Positions 24,991-39,058 of a stretch of DNA of 64,000 bases are shown piece by piece. The stretch's first letter is position 1; each line of letters opens with the position of its first letter. The notes under the pieces were generated by a model. That model was not told the origin of the DNA, ran no database searches, and was given only the letters and a program-made list of their open reading frames with translations. This DNA is from Cirrosporium novae-zelandiae (lineage: Eukaryota), in NCBI GenBank assembly GCA_026023565.1, contig JAPETS010000022.1, positions 496,001 through 560,000 on the forward strand, in the 5' to 3' direction. The translations under genes were made by a program, and so were the position numbers.

Positions 24991-26176
24991 ATGGCATCTA
25001 TCGGCGCAGGATACGATCTTTCCAACAGTGTCTTTTCACCCGACGGACGAAACTTCCAAGTGAGCTACTAGTTGGGATATCATTTATATGCTTCTAACCC
25101 TCAGCTCGGTGTAGGTCGAATATGCAGTTAAAGCTGTTGAGAACGGAGGTACATCGATAGGTATACGATGTACAGACGGTGTTGTGCTAGCGGTTGAAAA
25201 GATCATCACTAGCAAGCTATTAAAGCCAGGAGCCAACAAGCGGATCGCAACCGTTGATCGAAATATTGGTGTAGTGAGTTCCCCGTTCTATGCCACTAGA
25301 ATTGCGATTTCATATCCAGAAAACTCCTTCAGTAATCAATTTGGCCCTGAGGTATCTTTAATCTGATACCATTGAGAAATATTCAAATATCCATTCTTAA
25401 TCTATAGCGTCGAAGTCCCTAGTCACTGTAGCCATATTCGCGGGGCATTGCTTTCTTCAAACGCTAACATATGACCTGCTTCTCAAATAGGCCTACTCCG
25501 GCATTGTCCCAGATGGTCGTCACCTAGTCTCCCGCGCTCGAGATGAAGCCTCATCCTGGAGGGGTACATATAAAGGGCCAATTCCTATATCATCGCTAGC
25601 CAGTCGCTTGGGAAGCTATGTTCAGGCATATACACTCTACTCTAGTGTACGACCTTTTGGAATAACTGCTATAGTCGGAGGTTGGGACTCGGAGGAAGAG
25701 GTGGCGGTTGACGGGGAAGTTGGTATGGGGCCAAAATCAGGTGCTGGGGGCAAAGCGGAAGGGATGAAAAACGGTGGCCCAGGACTATATATGATTGAGC
25801 CTAGTGGACTATATTGGGTAAACCCCCTTTTCTCATATGTGCTAAGTTATGCTAACAAAAATGGTAGGGATACTACGGTGCCGCAACAGGAAAGGGAAGA
25901 CAAGCAGCAAAGTCCGAGCTTGAGAAGCTTGACCTTACCGCTGGAACCCTGACTCTTGAGCAGGGAGTAAAAGAGGCAGCCCGGATAATTTACGTCGCTC
26001 ACGAAGACAGCAAGGATAAAGAGTTCGAATTGGAGATGACTTGGGTGAGTTCAATGGACGGACCAACCAAAGGTCAACATGAACCTGTACCAAAGGACAT
26101 TCTCGAGAAAGCGGAAGAGTATGCGAAGAAAAGCATGGAAGGAGAAGACGATGAAGACGAGAAGATGGAAGAATGA
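24991..26176 (+). CDS. PRE10: 20S proteasome subunit alpha-7 (alpha type-3)
   Basis: MASIGAGYDLSNSVFSPDGRNFQ|VEYAVKAVENGGTSIG...; YTLYSSVRPFG; LYMIEPSG; three introns; acidic tail EDDEDEKMEE, stop 26174-26176. Confidence 0.96.
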
Positions 26177-26588
26177 AAAATTTCACACGGAATAGCATAG
26201 CAATGATGTATCATCAAGGCATGAGAATAGCTTACACGGCGTTCTACGACCAAATAGAATCAATCTCAGATTGAGTCATGCCAATGTTAATGTTCATATT
26301 GGTTATTTTTCTCCTTTTTTTTTCTTCTCTTGCTTTCTATTGCATACCCAGGTACCTACTTAACCATAGTTTCCCGGAAGGCCATGCACGTAAATCTCTA
26401 AAACGCCTACCCAAAAGGGTTCACTCAAGAAATTCTTCTATCTCCAGTTTCTGTCTTACCCAACGAGAAGAAACCATCAAGATCTTTTCCACAAACAAGA
26501 TCGCCTAGTTCGGGCACACCAATTTCTCCTCGAAGCCATCCCAATATACCACAACTCAGTCAACACCCCAACCCCCCCAAAAAACCCC

Positions 26589-27372
<784 letters not shown>

Positions 27373-27559
27373 GATTTCGGTCGTAAGCTAGCTACCTGTA
27401 AGGGAAGCTTGGTGAATATAAGTGGTAATGGGTTGGGGTAAGCTGATTGGAGAGTAGACGGGCAGCTTTTGTACTGTGCTGTGCAACTCTTGATGGTAAA
27501 CGCGGCTTGGTGGGGTGAAGGGTCCGTAGATTAAGCCCCACCGATGACTTTGGTCTGCG

Positions 27560-27570
27560 TGCCTAAGGCA
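27560..27570. promoter_or_regulatory. Palindrome TGCCT-A-AGGCA in the RIB4/MRI1 divergent promoter
   Basis: Read directly near the middle of the ~450 bp intergenic gap; binding factor unknown. Confidence 0.35.
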
Positions 27571-27826
27571 ACGACGTCTATTTGCTACAAAGTTGCGACA
27601 TCGTGCCCACCAATTTCGATAGAGATGGTCTTAAATTGTTGTAAAATGGACCTTCATTCTCTTACTGACCTTTCTTTCTCCTCACCTCCTTCTCTCTTAC
27701 CAGGGTAGACAAATCTTTTGGATACATCTACTAATTATCTAATTTTAAATCTCGGAGAAAAAGAAAAACACAATTGACCCCTACACTTCAACCCCACGCA
27801 AAATCTTTACCGAAGAGCTACAAACG

Positions 27827-29044
27827 ATGACTTTAGAAGCCATCAAATACGACGAGAAGAGCCCGCGGTTAGAGATTCTCAACCAGCTTAAGCTTCCATT
27901 TCAAGAAGAATATGACTCGATTAATTCTGTTGAAGATGCATGGCACGCCATCAAGGACATGCGAGTTCGAGGCGCCCCAGCTATCGCCATTGTCGCCGCC
28001 CTCTCCCTTGCTGTCGAACTACGGTCTATGATGAAGAATAAACAGTTGCCGGAATCGACTTCCGAACTTCAAGACCTAATCTCGAAAAAACTTGATTATC
28101 TAGTGACCTCCAGGCCAACAGCCGTGAACCTAATGGATGCTGTCATCAAGCTAAAGTCCAAGGCTGAAGCAGTTGCAAGCAAAAAAGGGTCAACGAGTGA
28201 ATTCTTAGCCGATGCGACAAGTCTGATAGCAGAAGTAATGCTAGCATCCGATATATCTGACAACGAAAATATTGGGAAATTTGGTTCTGAATGGATTCTA
28301 GAAAATACAGTTGCAGGAAGGAAGAACGAAAAAGTGACTGTGTTGACCCATTGCAACACAGGGTATACTCAAATCATAAAACAGAAACAATATGGCCACT
28401 GCTAATAGATGTTCAGGTCCTTAGCAACCGCTGGTTATGGTACAGCTCTTGGAGTTGTTCGTAGTCTGCATGCTGGTTCACGTTTATTACGAGCATACTG
28501 CACTGAAACCCGACCTTACAACCAAGGATCCCGGTTGACAGCCTTTGAGCTTGTCCATGATCAAATTCCTTCGACCTTAATCACTGACTCAATGGCGGCG
28601 AGCCTCTTTGCCTTGAAAGGATCTGCAGAAAACATCGTCGCGGTGATTGTTGGGGCTGACCGTGTTGCGGCAAACGGTGATACAGCAAATAAGATTGGTA
28701 CATATTCTTTGTCTATACTTGCGAAACATCACAATATCAAATTTCTGGTTGCTGCTCCTCTAACTACCATCGACCTCCGCACTCGATCCGGTCAGGATAT
28801 TGTCATCGAAGAACGTCCGGAGCAGGAAGTTGCTGTGGTAAGAGGTCCGACTGTTGTTGCTGGGAAACTGAACAAGAATGATACTGCAACAGTAAGGATG
28901 GCAGCAGATGGGATCAATATATGGAATCCGGCATTCGATATTACACCAGCTGCCTTGATTGACGGAATAATCACAAACGTGGGAGTAGTTGAAAAAGACC
29001 AAGACGGAACCTTCCACCTCGAAGAGTATATTTCCAAATTATAA
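27827..29044 (+). CDS. MRI1: Methylthioribose-1-phosphate isomerase (methionine salvage)
   Basis: [37 protein letters not shown] (one intron ~28362-28417), [38 protein letters not shown]. Confidence 0.96.
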
Positions 29045-29409
29045 ACTCCAGCCATTTAAAGATAGTATGAAATGCACTCGTTCAAGCGAGGAATCGGGTC
29101 TGTTCCTAGTATGTATTTGATGAGATATGTAAATCGAGTATCAGATTAAAGGGGTGGTTTGAATAGCCAAGTCATCAACAAAAGTGGAACAAGGGCCACT
29201 GATGTTATGACTCTGGATGGAGTCCAGTCCGTTGCAAAATTGGCAATAGAATTCGTCATCTCAAGCCTCCTCATGGTAATATGGGTCGATAATATACTGA
29301 AGCAGAGCTAAAGTAGACACTACTGTGATCGACGGTTTCGATCATATTCACGACCTCTCTTGAAGGAATTATATTCCATGTTTCCCGGCACTTGAAGATA
29401 GCCAAGGGA

Positions 29410-29803
29410 TTAATTTTTTTGTTCTTTGGGTTCTCCATTGGGTTGGCTAGGTTCTTCTTTTGTGTTTTCACTGTTGCCTTCCTTCGGGGTGTTTTCGTTC
29501 ACTTGGGCAAGTAATTGTTCAATCTTAGCTTCCAGATTATCCAAATGATTTTCCATGGCTTGCGCGGTTTGTTCTCCCCTAGTCCGTCGTAAGTGAATTG
29601 TAATATCACTCATAAGTTGTAAGTGAATTGATAATATCACTCCTAAATTGTAGCTGTACTCACTTCGCTAGGTCTTGGAAGGCCTAACTAAACCTATCAG
29701 TCACTGGCTTGTGTACAAGTATGTCTTCAAAAGGCAACTTTAAAAAAGAAAATAATCTCACCGCTAGAAGATCTTGCTCTGTTTCTGGTTGATTGGCTGT
29801 CAT
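29410..29803 (-). CDS. Small coiled-coil hypothetical protein (three exons)
   Basis: MTANQPETEQDLLA|AFQDLAK|GEQTAQAMENHLDNLEAKIEQLLAQ... with two GT-AG introns. Confidence 0.75.
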
Positions 29804-30668
29804 TTTACTTGATGTAATATAAGAATATGAGAAAATTATTTCCACCGAGATGTTAAGGGACAGCTGGCCTTGGAGACTGTGTAGGAGATGGAGTTGGAAA
29901 GTACGCAAGGCGAGTGAAAGATAGTGAGGTCAGAGAGTGTGTGTTTAGGTTCGGATACACCAACTCCAGAGTCTATTCCAAGGATATTGGAATTGATTGC
30001 CATGTAGATACACAACACTCCCAATACATCTATTATCGTTATTACAAACCACCCTCGACTAGCCCATTGTAATCTTAGGAACTGGGTTCAGATATTATTC
30101 CCGATCGCTACCATCTACATCCCTTCAATGTATTACATGATAAACCCAGAAATATGAACTAGGAACAGCCAAACGGATCTAGCGGCCTTCATTGTATACT
30201 TTCCGCCAAGCTGATTTTCTATGCAATTCCTTCTTCGCCTGTCCTGCTGAGCTTGCTATGCTTACAGCTTAAGAAATCTAAATGATATCGTTGCCGACAT
30301 AAATGACAATTCAAATCTAGAGAACCTTTGTCCTACCCTCTTCGTGAGTGTTGATTTGGTCATCCCTTGATCCTCCAAGGTACTGAAGTACTTGTTTGCC
30401 ATAAACATGCTCATCATTGGTAAAGAAAATTAAGAAAATCTTCAACATGCTCGTCATGAGCGGCTGCAGCGGATTCAGTCGGCGAACGACGTTATTGTTG
30501 ATGTAATGATGAAGCCCTCTTGTGGTGTATTTAAGACTCGCGATTGAGGGCATTTCCTATCTCGCATTATTCCAGCCAGCATTTCAATTACTCTGAAGTT
30601 CAGAAAAATAATATCTTTGTCCTTGTCCACCGATTTGACGTCTTACTGTAGCTATAATTAACAAAATC

Positions 30669-32134
30669 ATGGGTTCTGGGGATAGCAATAGGTCATTAGA
30701 TTCGGTCATCAATCTCCTTGCTTGTAACTAAACGATAACAGATTTGAGCCTCGTCGTGGAGCAAATGGATCTAACATCCTTGGACCTAGGAATTTGGATA
30801 GGGAGAGGCAGGAGCCGGATCTTATCTCCCCTCCATCGACAGATTCAGGTGAGTACCGGAAATTTTTAGGAGACATTAGTCATTGACAGCGTATTAGGCA
30901 AGATGGAGAATATGAAATGGTAAGGCGTGCATTATTGAAATAGACCGGAGGGCTTTGTGTTAACCAAGTCTTGACTAGGTCATTTGCCGATTCTCATATG
31001 AGGATTGAGGAAGGTGGTTGGGCTCGAGAGACAACTGTTCGAGAACTTCCTACATCAACAGAACTTGCTGGTGTAAATATGAGATTGGAGTCGGGGGTTT
31101 ATCGAGAGCTCCATTGGCACAACGAAAGTGAATGGGCATACATGCTCAAAGGGGAATGCCGAATTACTGTTCTGGACACCGAAGGGGGTTCATTTATTGA
31201 TGATTTGAGTGAGGGTGACTTATGGTATTTCCCCAAAGGCTTTCCCCATAGCATTCAAGGTGAGTGCCCGTCTATATTTTTGCCGGTGAAGGAATGCTTA
31301 TAACCCACTGTCAGGTTTGGGAAAGGATGGTTGCGAATTTTTGCTCATCTTTGATGACGGGAATTTCTCTGAAGATGAGACCTTCCTTCTGACGGATTGG
31401 TTTGCCCATATTCCGCAAGGAGTGCTGGCAACGAACTTTGCAATACCAGAAGATGTTTTTAAGACATTATCCACCCGAGGTCAGATTCACGCTTCCAACA
31501 TGGATGACAAAAAAGACGAGCTAAAAATGACTTTACAGAGAAGTATATCTTCCGAGGAAGCGTCCCAGGATCTCTAGACCAGGACAAAAGAAAAGTCAAT
31601 CCCTCAAAGCACCGCTTCACGCATCGAATGCTAGCACAGGAGCCTATTCGATTTCCTGGTGGCGAGGTGCGCATTGCAGATACAACCAATTTCCCCATTT
31701 CCGCAACTACTGCAGCAGCCCATGTTACTATCAAACCTCGAGGTCTTCGAGAGCTGCACTGGCACCCTAATGCGTCAGAATGGTCCTACTTCATCCGTGG
31801 TAAAGCACGTGTAAACATGTTTGGAGCAAACGGTCATTCTCGCACGTTCAACTATCAGGCCGGAGATGTGGGAATTGTACCTACAAATTTCGGCCACTTC
31901 GTCGAGAACATTGGTGATGAACCCCTGGAATTCTTAGAGGTTTTCCGAGCACCAAGGTTTGAGGATTTCTCTTTGGATCAATGGCTTGCGCAAACTCCAC
32001 CGACGATGGTTGCTGAACATCTCAATCTAACAGACAGTCGAAGGGAGGCATTCTTTAAATCGTTGAGCAAGGAGAAAGTTCCTGTAAAACCTACAAGACG
32101 CAACTCCATGTCGAACATTCGTTCCAAGATTTAA
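30669..32134 (+). CDS. oxdC: Oxalate decarboxylase (Mn-dependent bicupin)
   Basis: Five introns; [20 protein letters not shown], two cupin motifs [11 protein letters not shown] and [20 protein letters not shown], lid FSEDET with the Glu of decarboxylases. Confidence 0.93.
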
Positions 32135-33773
32135 AGAACCAATGTCCTTTGGATTGGTTCTTAAAGACCCCGTAAAGATGGGCACATTTTGAAGCTGATC
32201 CTGTTCGTTCGTTTTCTAGGTTGGCGATTTATTTGAATATTTTATGATGTCCCAAGGTAACCGATTTGATGCTTTTGGGTCTGAACTATGACAAAAGTGT
32301 TATTATTTAGCAATGAACAACGTAATTCATCAACGAAATTCATAGTCACATTGTAGACATGTCTCGTACTCAAATATTATATCAAATATATACCCAGATA
32401 CCTAGGTAATTGTTAGACTCGTGAAGGCTTGTACCGACTGGACTCTGTTCTAAATCAATGTTTTTGATTCTTTGTTAAAGTATTCCACATCACCAATAAT
32501 AGCTTTTCTTTTTATCGATAGCTTGTGCTATTCGTGCGAACCGGATAATTAATGAGTTGATCAATCACTGTAATAAGAAATTTTAAAAAGTAGCTGAGGA
32601 TAGCTTCCTCGGCTCGGGATAATTAAGAGTCCATGGGGATCAAGGAACAACATTACAACCAACAAAACAATTTCAATTTACAATTTGACACCTCTTTTAG
32701 CTGATCAATACATAATAGGTTGATACGTGGACGGTGTTTCTGCTGGCAAGATTCTTCTCACAACTTTTGGTTTAGTGGAGAGGACTCGAATTGTTGGGTG
32801 GGTTCACAGTTGACAACGATGAGGCTATGATTCGTAAAGGTTAAAAATTTACCCTTACGTTTTCAGGTCAATAGATGTGGATTCTGATACTATTTAGGTA
32901 TGCCAGGCTATAGACAGTAACCATGTCAATCACCTGTACTCTTGTCAAACTCCGCGGAATAGTCCATGCCACATTTATACACCGGAGTTGGATTTCTTTA
33001 ACGGAAAAATGATTCAGACGATCTCTGAACGGCTCAGATGGGCAACAAGGCTATCTAGCGAGCTCGGTAGTCCAGAACTATGGACAATCTACGCACCAAT
33101 CACTCTATCTGTTCTAAGCCTGGAAATTCCACCTTACTTTGCCACCGTTCCCCCCGCCAGACCCGCGACTCTAAGGGCGGTCTGGTAGGGTCATTCGACG
33201 TGCACAGCCGGCGGAGCAGGCCCTTTATTGATGAGGGTTTTTGACGGCACTGCGGTGAGAAAGTATCCTAGCCATGATGGCTTGTTGGTAACTTGACTTT
33301 GACATAATTATTGCTTGCCAGCAGAATAGAGCCCCAGATGTGCTTCAGCCTTATAGCATTTCTCCACCTTTCTAGCTAATCCTCCGCTCTAGGATTTTAC
33401 CTTACGCCAGCTTAATTTGTCATGTAGAAAAAGTTTGCCTATTGAGTGGCTCATACTTTTCAATCAATATATAAACCCTCTCTACCTACTATACGGGACG
33501 GCCAGTCTAAGTTATAATTTGATCTTATCACTATAGAAGTGTTTACCTTGAATTGTTAGCCAGCCATCTTTCTCACCCTATTAGTAGCAACCTCATCGGA
33601 ATATGTTGGTGTATAGGAGTGGATAGGAATGGAGAGAGAGGTAAAGTTGTGGATATTTGAACGTCATCATCCTTGACCAGGAACAATTGTGAAGGCCCTT
33701 GTTATTTTTGCAAGTCAGGTTTCCTAGGAAGGAAAAAATAGTAATAATACCTCCCCTGAGAACTTTCTGTACT

Positions 33774-36700
33774 ATGGGGTCAAAATATGAAGAAAAGCTT
33801 GAAAAGGGGGACTTCGTTGGAGTGGGGCTCCTGTGGGAGGAAGGAAGAAAAATATTCTATGAGACGCTTAGCAAAGATATCAGTACAACACTTAGGGATG
33901 AGACGACGCTAAGTGACACCATCGAAGACCTCAGGTATGCCCAAGAAAAGGCCTCCAAGGAGTATGGAACCCACACCGTACAGGCCGGGAATTCGACTAT
34001 TAGCTTTCAGCTCGACCGGATCATGAAAAGGCTGGATCTGATGCTTGAAATTGGGGACGACACAATGGACTGTGCACCAGATACCGTATCATTGGCCTGG
34101 TCAGCGTTTAGGATGATCTTCAAGGTTTGTCAATGTCTAACTTAACGTTGACTCCAACTAACTAAATAGGTCTTTCTCTGCGATTCCGAGACATGTTCAT
34201 TCCTCACGGGGGCAGTCGACAAGATCACAGACGTCATGTTTGTGTGTGAGGCTTATGCCAGGCGATATTTGAAGGGAAAATCTAAGATAGAAGCTTCAAC
34301 TATCGCCGGAAACAAGGTGTTAATGCAGATACCATCGGTTTATGCAGATATCTTGAAATTCTCGTATCAGACTCGAAAACTTCTCAGTCATAGCAAAATA
34401 GGTCAGATTGTAGTTTTCTTTTATTAGGCCCCCCTACAATACTTGGTCATGATAATTCTTCCCCTTTTTTCCCCAAACACTTACATATAATATAACCTTA
34501 GGTGCAAGGCTTTACTAGCTAGCTAACTAACGTCGTTCTTAGGCCGCTCCTTTACTAGTTATTTTGGCGGAAAAAGAAAAGAATTGGAGGACACCATTGA
34601 TGATATTAAAGACAAGCGAGAAAAGTTACGTGAAACCGCTGGGATCGATTTCGAAAATTCAGCTCTAGAGATTCTGGAAAGCCTGCATCAAGACTCAAAA
34701 GTTCTGAGTGACCTCTTCGAAACGATAACTGATGTGGTCCCTGTTATCAAGAGCTTGCAAGCTGATCAAGCTGAGAGCAAAGAGCAGCAAGAGCGGAATG
34801 CATTAAACCGAAGATTCCAAGACCAGTTACAGTGGCTGCAGTCGGGTACTTCTGTCGAAGCTGATGGACCAGAGAGACAATGCAACGCTAACCTGAGGAA
34901 GAGACAACATGGAACATGTAAGTGGATACTCAGAAGAACCGAATTTCAAGTATGGCAGGAAGGGAATCCTAGTCTGCTGTGGCTAGTTGGAGAAGCAGGC
35001 GTTGGGAAATCGATCCTTGTCTCCTCTGTTATCAAAACGCTGAGCAGGTTTATCCAGGGTCAGAGCGACCGCAAGTCTATTTTGGTACACTTTTATTGCA
35101 AAACAGGGAATAATGCGACACAGCAAGGTCCAAAAATAATGCTGCATCTGCTATCCCAACTATTTACAAATGCTGACACCGAAGAGGAGAGAAGCACCAT
35201 CAGTACGACTGAAACCAAGCTCAAAAAAGAAAAATGCATCAACATTGTCAAGAATGCAAGGGAAAGGCTGGATGTGGACGAGAGAAAAGATCCCTCGCTG
35301 GCACAGATCAAATATGTACTTCAACCAATGTTTGTTGATTTAGTAAGGATTCTGGAGACTAGGGTGTTTGTGGTTGTAGATGGGATGGACGAATGCTTGG
35401 ATCAGCGCATTGGTTTGCTGGATGCTCTGAGAGAATTACCAACAGCAGGCCCTGATATCCGTGTGCTGATATCCAGCCGTCCAGAGAATGACATACACAG
35501 ATTGCTGTCTCGTACCCCCACAATCAGCGTTACAAAAGTACAGACCGATGATGATGTCCATTTATACCTCAACAAGAGTTTGAAAGCCATTAAGGACTTC
35601 GACCCAGAGCAGCGCAAAAAAGCAATCAAAAAAATCATGACCAGGGCTAACGGGATGTTCAGATGTGAGCATGACTCATCTGCTACTTCCATCGGACATT
35701 GGCTAATGGTGCTATAGACGTTGACATCGTGGTCCAGAATTCGAACCAGTTACGGACAAGGCAGAGAACCTACAAAGGGTTAATATCCCATCTTCCCGAT
35801 GGGATGAACAGCCTTTACAGACAAACTCTGCAGAACCTCCGGAAGGATGATCGTGACATGTTGCTTGTCGCACTTCGATGGCTCATGTGTGGTGAAGGTA
35901 AAATCGATGCATTGTGGGTTGCAGATGAATTGGACAATTTGTACAAAGATAGTGAGAGTGACGAGAGTGATGAGAGCGATAAGGACGATGATGATGAAGA
36001 CGAAGATAAAAAAACGGACGATAAAAAGGACGAGGACGACGAAGATGGATCCGATGAAACCGAAGATGACACGGATGATTCTTCCCTGGCTAGTGATCCG
36101 ACCACGGACCCTTACTACAGCAACCATGACATTTCTGCCACTCGGGACGGACCAGGGGGCACACCCGGAACTGCTAACGGCGAAGAGGAGCTAGACACGA
36201 TCAAAGATCTTAGGCATATTGGCCGTGATTTCCTCAAGTTTGATTCGAACATAATTCTACTCCAACATGACTCAATTCGGGACCTCATCAAAGAGGACCA
36301 AGAGATCATCGGGAAAGAGGCATCGCGATGTGATAAATGTCGGGAACGATTTAATCCTACTCTCCAGGCTGGCCCTAGATATGGGCATCTGGACATGCTC
36401 AGAATTATTTTCCAACATCTCAACTCGGAGTCCTTTCAAAAACAATATATCTTAATTGATGGATTATATGAGGACCCGGTAGCAATATCTGAGACCCCTG
36501 CAGACCAAAGCCCGGTGAATGACAAAAATATAGACCAAGATTGGACCAATATAGACAACGACTCGCAGCTTGGCAATCAGGATAGGCGAAAGAATACTAA
36601 AGAAAGTGAGGGAACGAATCTAGATATTGAAAGCAACTGGGAAGACAGTCCAGGAACAGATAATAGTGCACCAGGTCCATGGAATCAAAAATTTCCAGGG

Positions 36701-39058
36701 GAGACCCTGAGATATGAGCTGACGCATTGGCCTTATCACCTCCAGGCAGCGGAACAGGCTTGGCCCGAGAAGGAGCGTGATGCGGCAACGTGGAATATGA
36801 TATATGAGGCTGCTGAAACCTTCATGTCGCCAGATTCTCCTGCATTCAAATGTTGGATGATACGGGTCCTCCATTGGCGACGTTTTGAAAAATTCGACCA
36901 TCCTTTCCATATTGCATCTCGCTACGGCCTTGTTGGTCTGATGCAGAGATATCTTGATCGAGGAGTGGATGTCAACATTCTCAATGAAGATGGGAACACT
37001 CCACTTCATTTAGCGAGTGACGGAGAAGGCAACTATGTTGGTCTTGACGTATTGATTAATCACAAAGCGGATATCAATATCAAGAATGAGTTTTATCAAG
37101 AAACACCGCTTCTAATAGCCGTTGATTGGAATGCGCCGCATGAAGTAATTCGGCTCCTGCTACGCAGTGGTTCAAACCCTGAGACCCCTGATTGTGATGG
37201 TCAGACTTGTCTTCATTATGCGGTACGCTCTGGTAATCTCGCAGTCTGTAAGATGCTCTTACGCCATTCTGTGAATGTCAACGCTAGAGACAAGGACGGG
37301 AAAACAGCTCTTCATAAGATTTTTGAGTGGCCAAATGCACAAGTGGACATGGTTCGCCTCTTACTCGATAACAGGGCCGATCCTAATGTGCAAGACAAAG
37401 ATAGCCAAGCACCCTTATACAGAGCCTGTTTGGTAGGTAATGTGGAGGGTGCTCAAATGCTTTTGAAATACGGTGCAGATATCGACGACGGGGAGAACAT
37501 ATTTGGTCGTACTGCACTGCATGGAGCTATCGTGGCAAAAAGTCTTGGTCTCGTGAAAATGTTAATTGAGAAGCGCGCCAATTTATCAATCAGAGATAAG
37601 CAGGAAAGAGACCCTATCGCGGAGGCTGTGCATGATGGCAATAATGAGATCCTAAGTTACTTGCTCAAGATATGCAAAGAAAAGGGGTTCGATATGCGAT
37701 TCCTTCTAACTTCGGACATTGGCGGCTACACACCACTCCATAGATGTGCAGCTAGTGGTAATTTGGATGCAATGGAGATGCTACTAGGTGCAGGTGATTC
37801 TCAGGCAATGTGTTCGCAGAAGAATCTTAACGGCGCAACCCCTCTTCATTCAGCCGCTCAAGCCGGGCATGCGAAGGCCGTAAATATACTTTTAGAGCAT
37901 GGATCAGATCCATCAGTGAAGAGCAATGATGGGAAAACTGCCTTTGACTTGACATTTGCGACATGGAAGATGGGCTGCGACGACCCAGATACCGTGATTG
38001 ATGATACAGATGCAGCTTTTGAGGAGACCATCTGTACCTTGGCAGTCAAGGATCTCACAATCTCCCACCAGCCTGACCTTTTACAATTCGCCATTGAGAA
38101 GGGCTGTATGAAAGTTTGTAAGCTTTTGGCAGAGTCGAAGCTAGTTAACGAGGAAGATTGTCATGGTTGGACACCTCTCGCACTCGCATTCCAATGTGAA
38201 GACCATAATATCATCAATCTTCTGGCAAAACCAGATCAAAAGCCCCTTCTAGATACTTCAGGCACGAAGAAAGAAATTACATTGGGACATAGTCCCACAA
38301 GATGGAGCTCCACGGACAAACACGCTGAATTAACCGTGTCAGCCGACGGCTTGGAGGTGTGTTGGATGGAAGGTAAGAGTCCTCACTAGACGTTAAAGTA
38401 AAAGCAAGAAATTCTAACGTCTCATTAATACGACAGAAGATGATATTCAGTTTGACCCCAAGGCCATACGGGCTGACCACCCAATTCCTTCTGGGAGAAT
38501 TCGATTCTACTATGAAATCACAGTCGTGGAGTCTGATGTAGAAAGTCCGTAAGTACACTTCCTTCCCATCTTCCCAGTTATTGGAATACTGATTGCCCGT
38601 CCTGTTAGCGCTGTTGCTCTGGGGTTCTGCAGCCAGTACGCCCTCCTAGACCAGATGCCCGGCTGGTTGACAGCCCGCGCCCTCACATGGGGCTATCATG
38701 CTCATGACGGTAAAAAGTATATGTATGGGGACATAGGTGGTTTCCAGTACCAGGAACAATATGGACCTGGCGATGTGGTTGGATGCGGAGTTGACTTTGA
38801 CAAGAACATAATCTACTATACCAAAAACGGCATCCGCCTACGTACGTGCTAAGACCCCCATTTCACTTCTTTGGCTGTGGCTGACATAGTTTATTTCTAG
38901 CTACGGCATTTGACAATGTTCGCGGGCGTCTATTTCCAGTTATCGGAATAGGGGAGTTTGCCAAAATCCGAACCAATTTTGGCCTGGAGAAGGATAAGCC
39001 CTTTGAATATGCTGCGTGGGAGCACGATGAAGGAATTATTCAGGAGGTGAACCCCTGA
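33774..39058 (+). CDS. Fungal NLR-like STAND protein: helical N-terminus, NACHT NTPase, ankyrin repeats, C-terminal SPRY domain
   Basis: Multi-exon model; R..GTCKWIL, P-loop LWLVGEAGVGKS, Walker B VFVVVDGMDEC, VLISSRPE, ANGMFRY; more than ten ankyrin motifs (GNTPLHLA, GQTCLHYA, GRTALHGA, GATPLHSA); SPRY motifs IRADHPIP..RFYYEITV, MPGW..TWGYHAHDG, GDVVGCGVD, YTKNG, LFPVIG, RTNFG; stop 39056-39058. Confidence 0.9.
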
